A stretch of DNA of 50,341 nt from Actinomycetota bacterium (GCA_041165905.1 JBEAMP010000052.1:1-50341), one strand, 5' to 3'; positions 39,634 through 49,243 are shown, numbered from the stretch's first letter. Numbers and translations: made by a program. Notes: generated by a model not told the origin, from the sequence alone.

Positions 39634-41372
39634 TGCTTCGTTCTAAAGAAATTCAGGGCTTACGCGCCCTAGCGGTCACCCTAGTTCTGTTTTTCCATGC
39701 TGGCTGGTTACCAGGCGGTTATATCGGTGTAGATGTATTTTATGTAATATCTGGATTTCTAATTACCTCAATAATAATTAACGATCAAAATTTCTCGTTC
39801 AAGAAATTCTATTTAAGACGTGCCAAAAGATTACTCCCCGCAGCATTCTTAGTTTTAGCCGCCACTTCATTGGCATACTGGTTTATCGCTCCAACTGGCG
39901 CCAGAGCTCAATTTGCAAAAGAATTACTTGCAGGTACCTGGTATCTATCAAACTATTTTCTTGCCTATTGGGAGAATGATTATCAAAATCTAGGAGCAGC
40001 TCCCTCGCCTTTAGTTCACTTTTGGTCTCTAGCGGTTGAAGAGCAGTTCTATATCTTTTGGCCACTGTTATTGATGATCTTTAAAAAAAATCGGAAACAT
40101 CTAGTAATCGCTCTAACGCTTGGAAGCTTCTTATTTTCAATCTACTTAATTAATGTAGATCCAATTTTTGCCTTTTACTTTCTTCCAACTAGAGCCTTTG
40201 AATTGGGATTGGGTGCGTTACTTGCACTTTATCGAATTAGAGCGAAACTTATGAACCTTGGTATTGCTACTATCGCAACAGGTGCCCTGATTTTCGATGA
40301 GTCAACTAAATTTCCAGGTGCACCGGCATTGATTCCAATTTTTGGTGCGGCAATGATTATCATTTCTATAAACAATAGTAATTATGATAAAGGATATGGA
40401 GTAGAAGGTGTTTTAAATAGCAAAATTGCTCAATTAATGGGTAATTGGAGTTATTCGATATATCTGTGGCATTGGCCGCTTTTGGTAATACCTCCCGTCT
40501 ACCTAAAAAGAGAGCTAGGCGATAAAGAAAAGGCCCTCATACTTATATTGTGTATTGCGATTGCGGCACTGACCTATAAATTTGTTGAAGATCCATTGCG
40601 CAGAAAGCAGAACCGAGATAGAACTTTGATAGTCGGGCTCGTCGCTTCTGCGCTACTGCTTACAGCAACAGCATTTGCATTTGATAGTACTTCTTCAAAG
40701 ATAAATTATTCTTTATCGAAACCAATTATTTACGACAACGGATGCCATCAAGGTTACGAAGGTAATAGCATTGAAGAAAAATGCGTTTTTGGTGATACAA
40801 GAGCAAATCGATCTATTGTGCTCTTGGGAGACTCGCATGCTGCACAATGGTTCCCTGCTTTAGATATTTGGGCCACGCGAAATCATTTTAAATTGCATGT
40901 CTTTACCAAATCGAGTTGTCCCGCATTATCACTTCCGCTTAAAGATAATGGCGGCTTCAAGGCAGAAAATTGTCGAAAATTCAAAGAAAACGCATTTAAA
41001 GAGATTGAAAAAATTGAACCTGAATTAGTGGTTGTGGGCAACTTTGAACATTACAAAGTCGAAACCTCTGATTATCTACGAGGGGAAGATTTCAATTTTG
41101 ACTATCTATTAATCAGAGATACGCCATATCCGAATCGGGATATTCCGATTTGCCTTACTTCAGAAGATGATTGTGATACTCGCCTTCCAGAAAGAATTCC
41201 TTTCAAAGCGAAGAATGTGTTTGATCCGATTCCATATCTTTGCACAGATAAGTGTCCAGCGCTGGTCGATGGTTTGCTTGCATATCGTGATCGCACCCAC
41301 ATAACGGTTGATATGGCTCTTCATCTAGAACCTAGATTGAGTGAAAAACTTGATTCACTCGTGGCAAGATAA
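39633..41372 (+). CDS. Acyltransferase-3 family membrane O-acyltransferase with a C-terminal SGNH-like domain (OafA/YrhL-like)
   Basis: I.GLRALAV..V..FH, VDVFFVISGFLIT-like motif, about 10 TM helices, and a C-terminal GDSHA motif (VLLGDSHAAQW). GTG start overlapping the apt stop. Confidence 0.82.
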   Translation: MLRSKEIQGLRALAVTLVLFFHAGWLPGGYIGVDVFYVISGFLITSIIINDQNFSFKKFYLRRAKRLLPAAFLVLAATSLAYWFIAPTGARAQFAKELLAGTWYLSNYFLAYWENDYQNLGAAPSPLVHFWSLAVEEQFYIFWPLLLMIFKKNRKHLVIALTLGSFLFSIYLINVDPIFAFYFLPTRAFELGLGALLALYRIRAKLMNLGIATIATGALIFDESTKFPGAPALIPIFGAAMIIISINNSNYDKGYGVEGVLNSKIAQLMGNWSYSIYLWHWPLLVIPPVYLKRELGDKEKALILILCIAIAALTYKFVEDPLRRKQNRDRTLIVGLVASALLLTATAFAFDSTSSKINYSLSKPIIYDNGCHQGYEGNSIEEKCVFGDTRANRSIVLLGDSHAAQWFPALDIWATRNHFKLHVFTKSSCPALSLPLKDNGGFKAENCRKFKENAFKEIEKIEPELVVVGNFEHYKVETSDYLRGEDFNFDYLLIRDTPYPNRDIPICLTSEDDCDTRLPERIPFKAKNVFDPIPYLCTDKCPALVDGLLAYRDRTHITVDMALHLEPRLSEKLDSLVAR

Positions 41373-41376
41373 CGCC

Positions 41377-42021
41377 ATGGCGGAGCTGATTTACTACTGC
41401 GGGACTATGGATTCCGGAAAATCCACCCTTGCCCTTCAGACCGCGCACAATCATGAAACTCGCGGAAGAAATGGTCTAGTTTTTACCAATCGCGATCGAG
41501 CCGGAGAGGGATTGATTTCCTCAAGACTAGGTTTGCAAAAGAGCGCTATTGAAGTTGATTCAGATCTAAATATTCATCGATTGACAATTGAACGGATGTC
41601 TCTCGGCGAGAGAATAGATTTCATTATCTGCGACGAAGCTCAGTTTTACACTGAGCGACAAATCGAAGAGTTGGCCATGATTGTTGATGGACTCGGCATT
41701 GATGTTTATGCCTTTGGAATTTTGGCCGACTTTAGAACTAAATTGTTTCCGGGTTCTCAACGCTTAGTTGAATTAGCCGATCGAGTGGAGACACTTCAGG
41801 TACGTGCACTCTGTTGGTGCGGCGAACCTGCCACACATAATGCGCGCGTTATCAATGGAAATATGGTGACCGAGGGTGAACAAGTTGTAGTCGGAGATAC
41901 CAATTCCAAAGATGAAGTGGCCTACGAAGTTTTATGTCGAAGACATCACATGCGCAAAATTAATGCGCGAGCGTCGCAAGCTACTCACATCTCTCCTCCA
42001 ACCCTTCCATTCCAGGATTAA
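41377..42021 (+). CDS. tdk: Thymidine kinase
   Basis: G.MDSGKST P-loop, CDEAQF and the C-terminal Zn motif (C.CG..A....R ... Y..LCRRH). I chose the ATG at 41377. Confidence 0.9.
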   Translation: MAELIYYCGTMDSGKSTLALQTAHNHETRGRNGLVFTNRDRAGEGLISSRLGLQKSAIEVDSDLNIHRLTIERMSLGERIDFIICDEAQFYTERQIEELAMIVDGLGIDVYAFGILADFRTKLFPGSQRLVELADRVETLQVRALCWCGEPATHNARVINGNMVTEGEQVVVGDTNSKDEVAYEVLCRRHHMRKINARASQATHISPPTLPFQD

Positions 42022-42058
42022 CGGAATTAACAGAATCAAATAATTAAAGGGGCTATTA

Positions 42059-43099
42059 ATGAAAGTTAAAGGATTGGCAGCGCTAAAGGCAGGCGGTCCT
42101 CTCGAGAGCTTTGAGTTCGAACGTAGGTCTCCTTCAGCAACAGATGTTGTCTTCACAATTACACATGCTGGAATTTGCCACTCAGATATTCATCAGGTTC
42201 GCGAAGAGTGGGGTCCAGCGCTATTTCCCATGGTGCCAGGGCACGAAATCGTTGGAGTCGTAACTGAAATTGGTAGCTCGGTTTCGAAATTCAAAATTGG
42301 AGATCGAATCGGAGTTGGCGTCTTTATCGATTCATGTCGTATTTGTGAACCATGCAATTCTGGTTTACAACAATATTGCGATGAAGGAATGACTGGCACT
42401 TACAATGGCTATGAAAGAGATGGTAAAACCATCGCATTTGGTGGCTATTCAAATGGATTTGTAATTGATCAGGATTATGCGGTCACCATTCCAAGTAATT
42501 TGGATATGGCTGGCGTGGCACCGCTTTTATGCGCCGGAATTACCCTCTATTCACCTATTAAGCATTTCAAAGTAACCAGAGGATCAAAGGTTGCGGTGAT
42601 GGGCTTAGGTGGACTTGGGCACATGGGAGTTAAGTTTGCAGCCGCAATGGGAGCTGAGGTGACAGTACTTTCACATAGTGCAAACAAAAGAGAAGATGCG
42701 CTCCGAATGGGAGCAAAAGAATTTGTAGTTGTACGTAGTGATGAAGATTTAAAGCCGCTTAAGCGCAAATTTGATCTGATTTTAAATACGGTTTCGGCAA
42801 TGGTTGATATCAATCAATATCTAGCTACCTTAAAAATTGATGGAACATTGGTCATCATCGGGCTACCTGATAGTCCGTATGCAGTAAGTGCAGGTGCGAT
42901 GTTAAATGGTCGTAAGTCACTTACCGGCTCAATGATTGGTGGCTTGCCAGAGTTACAAGAGATGTTGGATTTCGCAGGCCTACATAACATTGTCAGCGAT
43001 ATTGAACTTATTAATGCAGACTACGTTGAAGAGGCTTATCGCAGAACGGTGGCAAGTGATGTTAAGTATCGATTCGTAATAGACGCTAGCACCTTTTAA
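42059..43099 (+). CDS. Zinc-dependent NAD(P)-alcohol dehydrogenase (cinnamyl-alcohol dehydrogenase / AdhC-YahK group)
   Basis: GICHSD.H, PGHEIVG, structural-zinc Cys cluster (C..C..C........C) and GLGGLGH Rossmann motif. Confidence 0.88.
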   Translation: MKVKGLAALKAGGPLESFEFERRSPSATDVVFTITHAGICHSDIHQVREEWGPALFPMVPGHEIVGVVTEIGSSVSKFKIGDRIGVGVFIDSCRICEPCNSGLQQYCDEGMTGTYNGYERDGKTIAFGGYSNGFVIDQDYAVTIPSNLDMAGVAPLLCAGITLYSPIKHFKVTRGSKVAVMGLGGLGHMGVKFAAAMGAEVTVLSHSANKREDALRMGAKEFVVVRSDEDLKPLKRKFDLILNTVSAMVDINQYLATLKIDGTLVIIGLPDSPYAVSAGAMLNGRKSLTGSMIGGLPELQEMLDFAGLHNIVSDIELINADYVEEAYRRTVASDVKYRFVIDASTF

Positions 43100-43121
43100 C
43101 CACTTAACATTTCTTGATTCA

Positions 43122-43853
43122 TCAAAGAAATGAATTGAAAAGCAAGGCAATTATTGGAGCAAGAAACAGGGCAGGCAAAAGATTTCCGACCGCCACGTTC
43201 TTCACTTTTAGCAGTCTTAATCCGATACCCAACAAAAGAATACCTCCAGTAATGGTCATGGCATCCAATTGATAATCGGCCATTACATTGCCCAAAGCCA
43301 AACCGATAAGCGTCCAAAATCCTTGGTAAATTCCAACCGGTATCGCAGATGCAGCTACTCCCCAACCTAATGAAGAAGCGAATGCCATCGCAGCAAATCC
43401 ATCAAGAATAGATTTCAAAGTTAACTGGTCGATTCCACCTCCGATTCCATCACTTATTGAACCCATGATTGCTAATGGTCCAATTGCAAACAGTAGAGAA
43501 GAATCTAAGAAACCTTCGACAAAAGAGCCCTCTTCGGATTTGAATTTCTTTCTAAGTGATTCGCCTAAATGTTCAACACGCTGTTCCAAATTCAAGGCAG
43601 ATCCAATAAAGGATCCAAGAAGTAGCGCAATTAAAATCGGCATGGTACTCCAGCCATTTGGAATCTTATCTAAATAGCGCTGATTAAAAAGAGGAATGAC
43701 CGCTGAAGCTGCTCCGAGAATTGTAATCATGCCCAAGACATCGGTAATTAAATTGCGTGCACTCTCTTTTAGTCGCTCTCCGATAAAGATTCCTATTACC
43801 GAACCGATCAGAATTGTGGCAATATTTAGAAGAGTTCCTGCTCCTGTGAACAT
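43122..43853 (-). CDS. DUF554-family integral membrane protein (YqgA-like)
   Basis: The start MFTGAGTLLNIATILIGSVIG matches the family N-terminus. Multi-pass hydrophobic profile. The ORF-track TTG start at 43883 is probably too far upstream. Confidence 0.7.
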   Translation of the reverse strand: MFTGAGTLLNIATILIGSVIGIFIGERLKESARNLITDVLGMITILGAASAVIPLFNQRYLDKIPNGWSTMPILIALLLGSFIGSALNLEQRVEHLGESLRKKFKSEEGSFVEGFLDSSLLFAIGPLAIMGSISDGIGGGIDQLTLKSILDGFAAMAFASSLGWGVAASAIPVGIYQGFWTLIGLALGNVMADYQLDAMTITGGILLLGIGLRLLKVKNVAVGNLLPALFLAPIIALLFNSFL

Positions 43854-43882
43854 GACTAAAGGGTAACTGATATGGTTATTCA

Positions 43883-44545
43883 ATGTCTTGGCTAATGAAT
43901 TTTCTTAGGCCTCATCGGACTATTCCGAATACCCCATGGACAGGTACTGGCCGTTGGGATCTTGCACCAAAAAGAGTTGCAATCCTTATCTTTGGGTTGA
44001 CTATTTTTGGATTTGGAGATGCATTGCTAGTTAATTCACTTACCGGAAATGCTCCTTGGTCAGTACTTGCGCAAGGATTATCTTTCAAACTTGGCATAAA
44101 TATGGGAACTGCCACTTTTTTAATTTCAGCTGTAGTTCTATTTTTCTGGTGGCCACTTGGCGAGAGACCAGGATTCGGAACTATCGCAAATATCGTTATC
44201 ATTGCGATTGCGATCCAATTTGGTGTTAGCAACTTTCCAGAAGCTAGCAACTTAGTAATCGGTATAATTTATGATTTTCTTGGAGTTGCCCTAGTTGGAA
44301 TTGGCTCTGCCCTCTATATAACTTGCGGGCTTGGCCCTGGTCCACGTGATGGATTAATGACTTCACTACATAAATTGTCTGGGATTCGAGTAGGCCGTAT
44401 CAGATTATCTATTGAAAGTTGCGCCTTTCTGGGTGGTTGGGCTCTAGGAGGTCGAATTGGCCTTGGCACAGCGATATTTGCGCTCTTTATAGGCCAATCA
44501 GTAGCCATAAGTCTCGGTGTCGTATCCCGCTTTACCTCTAAGTAG
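43883..44545 (+). CDS. Integral membrane protein, YczE/YitT-like (assignment uncertain)
   Basis: 220-aa ORF with 5-6 hydrophobic helices and a G.G.ALYI..GLGPGPRDGLM motif. The start is uncertain. Confidence 0.6.
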   Translation: MSWLMNFLRPHRTIPNTPWTGTGRWDLAPKRVAILIFGLTIFGFGDALLVNSLTGNAPWSVLAQGLSFKLGINMGTATFLISAVVLFFWWPLGERPGFGTIANIVIIAIAIQFGVSNFPEASNLVIGIIYDFLGVALVGIGSALYITCGLGPGPRDGLMTSLHKLSGIRVGRIRLSIESCAFLGGWALGGRIGLGTAIFALFIGQSVAISLGVVSRFTSK

Positions 44546-44617
44546 CCTTTAAGGTGAGTTGTACACCTTCCCTCCGGGTCGAAAACACCCCGGTCACCAA
44601 AACAGTAAAGGAAGAGA

Positions 44618-46051
44618 ATGCTCGAAAAATTATTTAAAATTTCAGAGCGCGGATCTACAGTCGGTCGAGAAGTTCGTGGCGGTCTTGTCACTTTCTTCAC
44701 CATGGCTTACATAGTCGCGCTAAATCCACTTATCCTCGGATTCGTCAAAGATGGTGATGGCAAGTTTTTAGGCGGCGGCGACGCACCTAACCTGCCACTT
44801 ATCGCTGCAGCAACTGCATTGGTTGCAGGTGTTATGACAATTCTTATGGGCGTTGTTGGTAATTTTCCACTAGCTCTAGCAACAGGTCTTGGTTTAAATA
44901 GCTTCGTCGCCTACGGCATCGCAACCAAAATGACTTGGGCAGATGCTATGGGACTTGTGGTGTTGGAAGGTTTAATCATCACAGTTTTGGTTTTAACTGG
45001 TTTCCGCCAAGCAGTTTTTAGAGCGGTTCCGCAACAACTTAAGTATGCAATTTCAGTAGGTATTGGACTATTTATTGCACTCATTGGTCTAGTAGATGCT
45101 GGATTCGTTCGTCGCACCGGAACAGGGCCAGTACCTGTACAGCTAGGTGACGGTGGCAATCTTGTTGGTTGGCCAATTGTGGTCTTCGTAATCGGTTTAC
45201 TTCTAATTGTTGCCCTTATGGTTAAGAAAACCAAAGGAGCAATACTTATTGGAATTGTAAGTGCGACAGTATTAGCAATCATTATTGAGAGTGCATTTAA
45301 AATTGGACCAAATTTTGTTGCACCAGACAAAGTTAATCCAAAGGGTTGGGGGCTAAATGTTCCTGCACTTCCTGAAAAATTAATTGCAACTCCAGATTTC
45401 TCATTACTTGGTTCGTTTAATTTGCTCGGATCTTTTAGCAGAATTTCAGCAGTAGCGGCAATTCTTTTGGTCTTTACACTTTTGTTATCAGACTTCTTCG
45501 ATACAGTTGGAACTGTCACTGCAATTGGTCATGAAGCTGATTTGATTGGTCGCGATGGCGAAGTTCCTAATAATGACAAGATTCTTTTGGTTGACTCATT
45601 AGCAGCTGTTGCTGGTGGTGCTTCTGGAATCTCATCTAACACTTCTTACATCGAATCAGCTTCAGGTGTTGGAGAAGGAGCACGCACTGGTCTTGCATCT
45701 GTTGTCACAGGAATTTGCTTCTTATTAACAACATTCTTGTCGCCATTAGTTGCAGTTATACCTTATGAAGCTGCGACACCAGCACTTGTTATCGTTGGTT
45801 TCTTAATGATGACACAAATCAAAGATATTGATTGGAACGATTTAGGTATTGCAATCCCTGCATTCTTAACAATGATCTTGATGCCATTTACCTATAACAT
45901 TTCAGTAGGTATTGGAGCAGGTTTCGTTTCACATATCGTAATTCGCTTTGTACAAGGTCGTCGCAAGGATGTCCATCCTCTGCTTCTACTTGTAGGAGCG
46001 CTATTTATGGTCTATTTCTTATCTTCACCAATTAACATCTGGGTAGGCTAG
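44618..46051 (+). CDS. NCS2/AzgA-family purine permease (adenine/guanine/hypoxanthine)
   Basis: F...ERG.T...E...G..TF.TM.YI...NP N-terminus, about 12 TM helices and ESASGV..G.RTGL. Confidence 0.88.
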   Translation: MLEKLFKISERGSTVGREVRGGLVTFFTMAYIVALNPLILGFVKDGDGKFLGGGDAPNLPLIAAATALVAGVMTILMGVVGNFPLALATGLGLNSFVAYGIATKMTWADAMGLVVLEGLIITVLVLTGFRQAVFRAVPQQLKYAISVGIGLFIALIGLVDAGFVRRTGTGPVPVQLGDGGNLVGWPIVVFVIGLLLIVALMVKKTKGAILIGIVSATVLAIIIESAFKIGPNFVAPDKVNPKGWGLNVPALPEKLIATPDFSLLGSFNLLGSFSRISAVAAILLVFTLLLSDFFDTVGTVTAIGHEADLIGRDGEVPNNDKILLVDSLAAVAGGASGISSNTSYIESASGVGEGARTGLASVVTGICFLLTTFLSPLVAVIPYEAATPALVIVGFLMMTQIKDIDWNDLGIAIPAFLTMILMPFTYNISVGIGAGFVSHIVIRFVQGRRKDVHPLLLLVGALFMVYFLSSPINIWVG

Positions 46052-46068
46052 TAAATAGATAGTTCTAA

Positions 46069-46100
46069 AAAGGGCGCTCACTATCCTGTGGGCGCCCTTT
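46069..46100. terminator. Bidirectional hairpin terminator between the convergent permease and ung genes
   Basis: AAAGGGCGC (46069-46077) pairs with GCGCCCTTT (46092-46100) around a 14-nt loop. The A and T runs on the two flanks allow function in both directions. Confidence 0.75.
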
Positions 46101-46116
46101 CAACATTTACCAAGAT

Positions 46117-46737
46117 TTACCATTTGATTGGTTTATCTAATAAGTTGTTTATCTTCGAGAAAGGTTTGGAACCTAAAAATCCACGGTGAGCACTTAGTGG
46201 ACTTGGATGAGCGGTTACTACTTTCTTCTCAAAATATTTAGCCATTTCTTGAGCGCTTTTTCCCATCAGTAGCGCCACTTTGCCAATACTTCCCAAATAA
46301 CCAATTATCTCTTCAGTGAACTCTTCCCAGCCAATGTTTTTATGTCCTAAAGAACGGCCAGTTGGAACAGTCAAAATTCGATTGATTAAAAAAATCCCTT
46401 GGGTTTGCCAATCAGTTAGATTGCCGTCACTTCGTTGTATTCCTAAATCATCTTTTAACTCTTTGAAAATATTGGTAAGTGATTTTGGTAATGGTCTATT
46501 TGGATTGATGGAGAATGCCAAACCCATTGCATCACCCGATTTTGGGTATGGATCTTGACCTACTACTACTAGATTTATCTCTTCGGGTGAAATCTCAAAA
46601 GCTCTAAATACTTCACTTGTTTGAGGTTGGTAATCATCTAATTTAGAGAGTAATTTAAAAGCTTTAGCGAAGCTATCTGGAAAGAGTTCAAACCACTTTG
46701 GGTGAATATTAAATGGCTCTTGCAAAATAGCGACCAT
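46117..46737 (-). CDS. ung: Uracil-DNA glycosylase, family 1
   Basis: GQDPYP (water-activating loop), GIFLINRILTV and HPSPLSA motifs. The start is uncertain because the ORF overlaps the upstream ATPase gene by 29 nt. Confidence 0.88.
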   Translation of the reverse strand: MVAILQEPFNIHPKWFELFPDSFAKAFKLLSKLDDYQPQTSEVFRAFEISPEEINLVVVGQDPYPKSGDAMGLAFSINPNRPLPKSLTNIFKELKDDLGIQRSDGNLTDWQTQGIFLINRILTVPTGRSLGHKNIGWEEFTEEIIGYLGSIGKVALLMGKSAQEMAKYFEKKVVTAHPSPLSAHRGFLGSKPFSKINNLLDKPIKW

Positions 46738-47491
46738 TTTGTGAGGTTACATCCATTTGGATTCCAAAAACTGCGCTGACGTGTTGCGAAGTTATTACTT
46801 GATTAACAGGACCACTAACAGCAACTTTTCCATCCTTAAGTAAGAGCGCATGTGTAGTGCCGACAGGAATTTCCTCAATGTGATGAGTGACAGTGACAGT
46901 AACTGGAGCCCTAAAGTCATCTGCAAAATTCGCGAACCTAGACAACAAATCTTCGCGCCCACCTAGATCTAAACCAGCTGTAGGTTCGTCCAAAAGCAGT
47001 AATTCAGGGTCAATCATTAACGCTCTTGCGATCTGAACTCTCTTGCGTTCGCCGTCGCTTAAAGTTCCATATAGGCGATCTGCTAGATCACGAACACCAA
47101 ATGTGGTTAAAAGTGCCGAAGCTCGAGACTCATCCCATAAATCGTAGTTTTCTGTCCAACGACCTAGCACCGCATATGCAGAGGTGAGCACGACATCCTT
47201 TACATTCTCATCATTTGGAATTTGTTCATGCTTCATCGATGCACAAATTCCTATACGGGTACGCAATTCGAAAACATCCACTCTGCCTAATTTTTGCCCT
47301 AGAAGTGAAATTTCACCTGATGTTGGGTGCATTTCAGTAGCTAGTAATCTCAATAAGGTCGATTTTCCGGCGCCATTAGGCCCAAGAATTACCCACCTCT
47401 CCCCTTCAGATAAAGTGAAAGAAATAGGGCCCAAAATATCTTTACCGGAACGAGTTACCACTACATTCGCGAAAGAAGCTACATGTGCCAT
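46709..47491 (-). CDS. ABC-type ATPase with no adjacent permease or substrate-binding gene
   Basis: Walker A (GPNGAGKST), signature (LSDGERKRV) and Walker B (LLLLDEP). None of the neighbouring genes looks like an ABC permease or substrate-binding partner. Confidence 0.85.
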   Translation of the reverse strand: MAHVASFANVVVTRSGKDILGPISFTLSEGERWVILGPNGAGKSTLLRLLATEMHPTSGEISLLGQKLGRVDVFELRTRIGICASMKHEQIPNDENVKDVVLTSAYAVLGRWTENYDLWDESRASALLTTFGVRDLADRLYGTLSDGERKRVQIARALMIDPELLLLDEPTAGLDLGGREDLLSRFANFADDFRAPVTVTVTHHIEEIPVGTTHALLLKDGKVAVSGPVNQVITSQHVSAVFGIQMDVTSQNGRYFARAI

Positions 47492-47533
47492 AGGTTGGCA
47501 AGATTACCTCAAGCGCTACCCTAAAATTGCTCT

Positions 47534-47782
47534 ATGCACTCAAATTTCACTGGATTACTTTTGGTAACCGGTGAAAGCGCTCCAAATATTGAGAGCGAAA
47601 TCTTGGAAACACTCTCCCCTTTTGTGATAACAATTCTAGATAAACAGAGTATGGATATCCGTGGGCGATATTTCTTAGCCATCCATTTCTCCCTAGATAA
47701 AGCACATACAAAAGCGATCGAAAAGGATTTACTAAACACCGCTGCGAAACTTGGTGTTGATTTAGTTGTTGATTACCAATGA
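47534..47782 (+). CDS. Stand-alone ACT-like regulatory domain protein, equivalent to the N-terminal domain of long SerB enzymes
   Basis: 82-aa ORF with a beta-alpha-beta-beta-alpha-beta-like pattern. Its stop overlaps the serB ATG (ATGA at 47779-47782). Confidence 0.6.
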   Translation: MHSNFTGLLLVTGESAPNIESEILETLSPFVITILDKQSMDIRGRYFLAIHFSLDKAHTKAIEKDLLNTAAKLGVDLVVDYQ

Positions 47783-48396
47783 GCCGGTTATTTCTCTTTG
47801 ATGTCGATTCAACTCTAATTAACGAAGAAGTAATTGACTTGCTTGCTGCTTATGCCAACGTAGCAGATGAAGTTCAAAAAATTACTGAATTGGCGATGAA
47901 CGGTACAATAGATTTTCGAGATGCACTTCGAAAGCGAGTCTCTTTGCTTGAAGGATTGCCAGCATCTGTTTTGTTAGAAGTTGGTAAACAGATCACTCTC
48001 ACAAATGGAGCCTCTGAATTAATCTCTAATCTGCAATCAAATGGAGATGAAGTAGCTGTAGTTTCTGGAGGCTTCACGGAGGTGATAACCTCTCTGATGG
48101 AAAAACTTAAAATCAAACACTATCGAGCAAATAATTTACAAATTATTGATAATAGATTGACAGGATTAACTGAAGGACCGATTATTGATCGTGTCGCTAA
48201 GGGCTCTTTCCTTGTAGAATTAAAGTTGAAGATTCAACCTACTCAGATAATTGCTATAGGTGATGGAGCTAATGATGTTGAAATGATCAAATTAGCAGAC
48301 GTTGGGATCGCATTTTGTGCTAAACCAGCGCTAAGAGGCGCGGCTGATATTGTGATTGATAAACGAGATCTTCGAGAGATTTTTAAATATTTATAG
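47779..48396 (+). CDS. serB: Phosphoserine phosphatase, HAD catalytic domain only
   Basis: FDVDSTLI motif I, VSGGF motif II and GDGANDV motif IV. Confidence 0.88.
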   Translation: MSRLFLFDVDSTLINEEVIDLLAAYANVADEVQKITELAMNGTIDFRDALRKRVSLLEGLPASVLLEVGKQITLTNGASELISNLQSNGDEVAVVSGGFTEVITSLMEKLKIKHYRANNLQIIDNRLTGLTEGPIIDRVAKGSFLVELKLKIQPTQIIAIGDGANDVEMIKLADVGIAFCAKPALRGAADIVIDKRDLREIFKYL

Positions 48397-48400
48397 CGTT

Positions 48401-49243
48401 TTATAAACGGCAAGCATGGATGTCAGTAACCAAAATACCTCTTGCTCCAATCGCCCAAAGTTCATCCATGACGCGATTAGTCTCTTTTCTTAGCACCATT
48501 GCGCGAATCGCGACCCAATCTTCCTTGGCTAAAGGAGAGATTGTCGGTGACTCCAACCCCGGCGTGAGCGCACAGGCTTTAGTTAATGCTTCTTTCTTAA
48601 TATCGTAATCTAAAAGTACATACTGTCTTGCGATTACAACTCCCGAAAGTCGACGTCGAAGTGTTTCTAACTCAGCAGAAACATTCGAGCCTCTACGCTT
48701 AATTAAGATTGCTTCACTCTTAAGTATCGGCTCTCCAAACATCTCTAGACCAGCCTGTCTTAGAGTATTACCTGTACTAACAACATCAGCTATTAAATCT
48801 GCTACACCTAAGCGTATGGATGATTCCACAGCACCATCTAGGCGGACTATTTGCGCTGTCACGCCATTTGTTTTTAGGTAACTATCAACTAGACCCGGAT
48901 AGGCAGATGCGATCCTCTTGCCAGCTATGTCTTTTAGAGTTAAATTCTGTCCTACTGGGGCAGCAAAACGAAATGTAGAAGCGCCAAAATCAAGCGACAT
49001 GACTTCTTCAGCGCCAGCGCCAGAATCAATTAAAAGATCCCTCCCGGTGATTCCAGCCTGCAACTCTCCTGAACCAACGTATAAAGCGATATCTCTTGGA
49101 CGCAAGTAATAAAACTCAACATTATTTTCGGTATCCGCCAAAACTAAATCACGAGAATCTGTTCTTTGACGATACCCAGCTTCTTTTAATATCTGAGCGC
49201 TTGCTTCTGCCAATGATCCTTTATTTGGTACAGCGATTTTCAT
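48401..49243 (-). CDS. hisG: ATP phosphoribosyltransferase, long form
   Basis: MKIAVPNKGSL N-terminus. 280 aa with a C-terminal regulatory domain. Coupled to hisE. Confidence 0.93.
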   Translation of the reverse strand: MKIAVPNKGSLAEASAQILKEAGYRQRTDSRDLVLADTENNVEFYYLRPRDIALYVGSGELQAGITGRDLLIDSGAGAEEVMSLDFGASTFRFAAPVGQNLTLKDIAGKRIASAYPGLVDSYLKTNGVTAQIVRLDGAVESSIRLGVADLIADVVSTGNTLRQAGLEMFGEPILKSEAILIKRRGSNVSAELETLRRRLSGVVIARQYVLLDYDIKKEALTKACALTPGLESPTISPLAKEDWVAIRAMVLRKETNRVMDELWAIGARGILVTDIHACRL

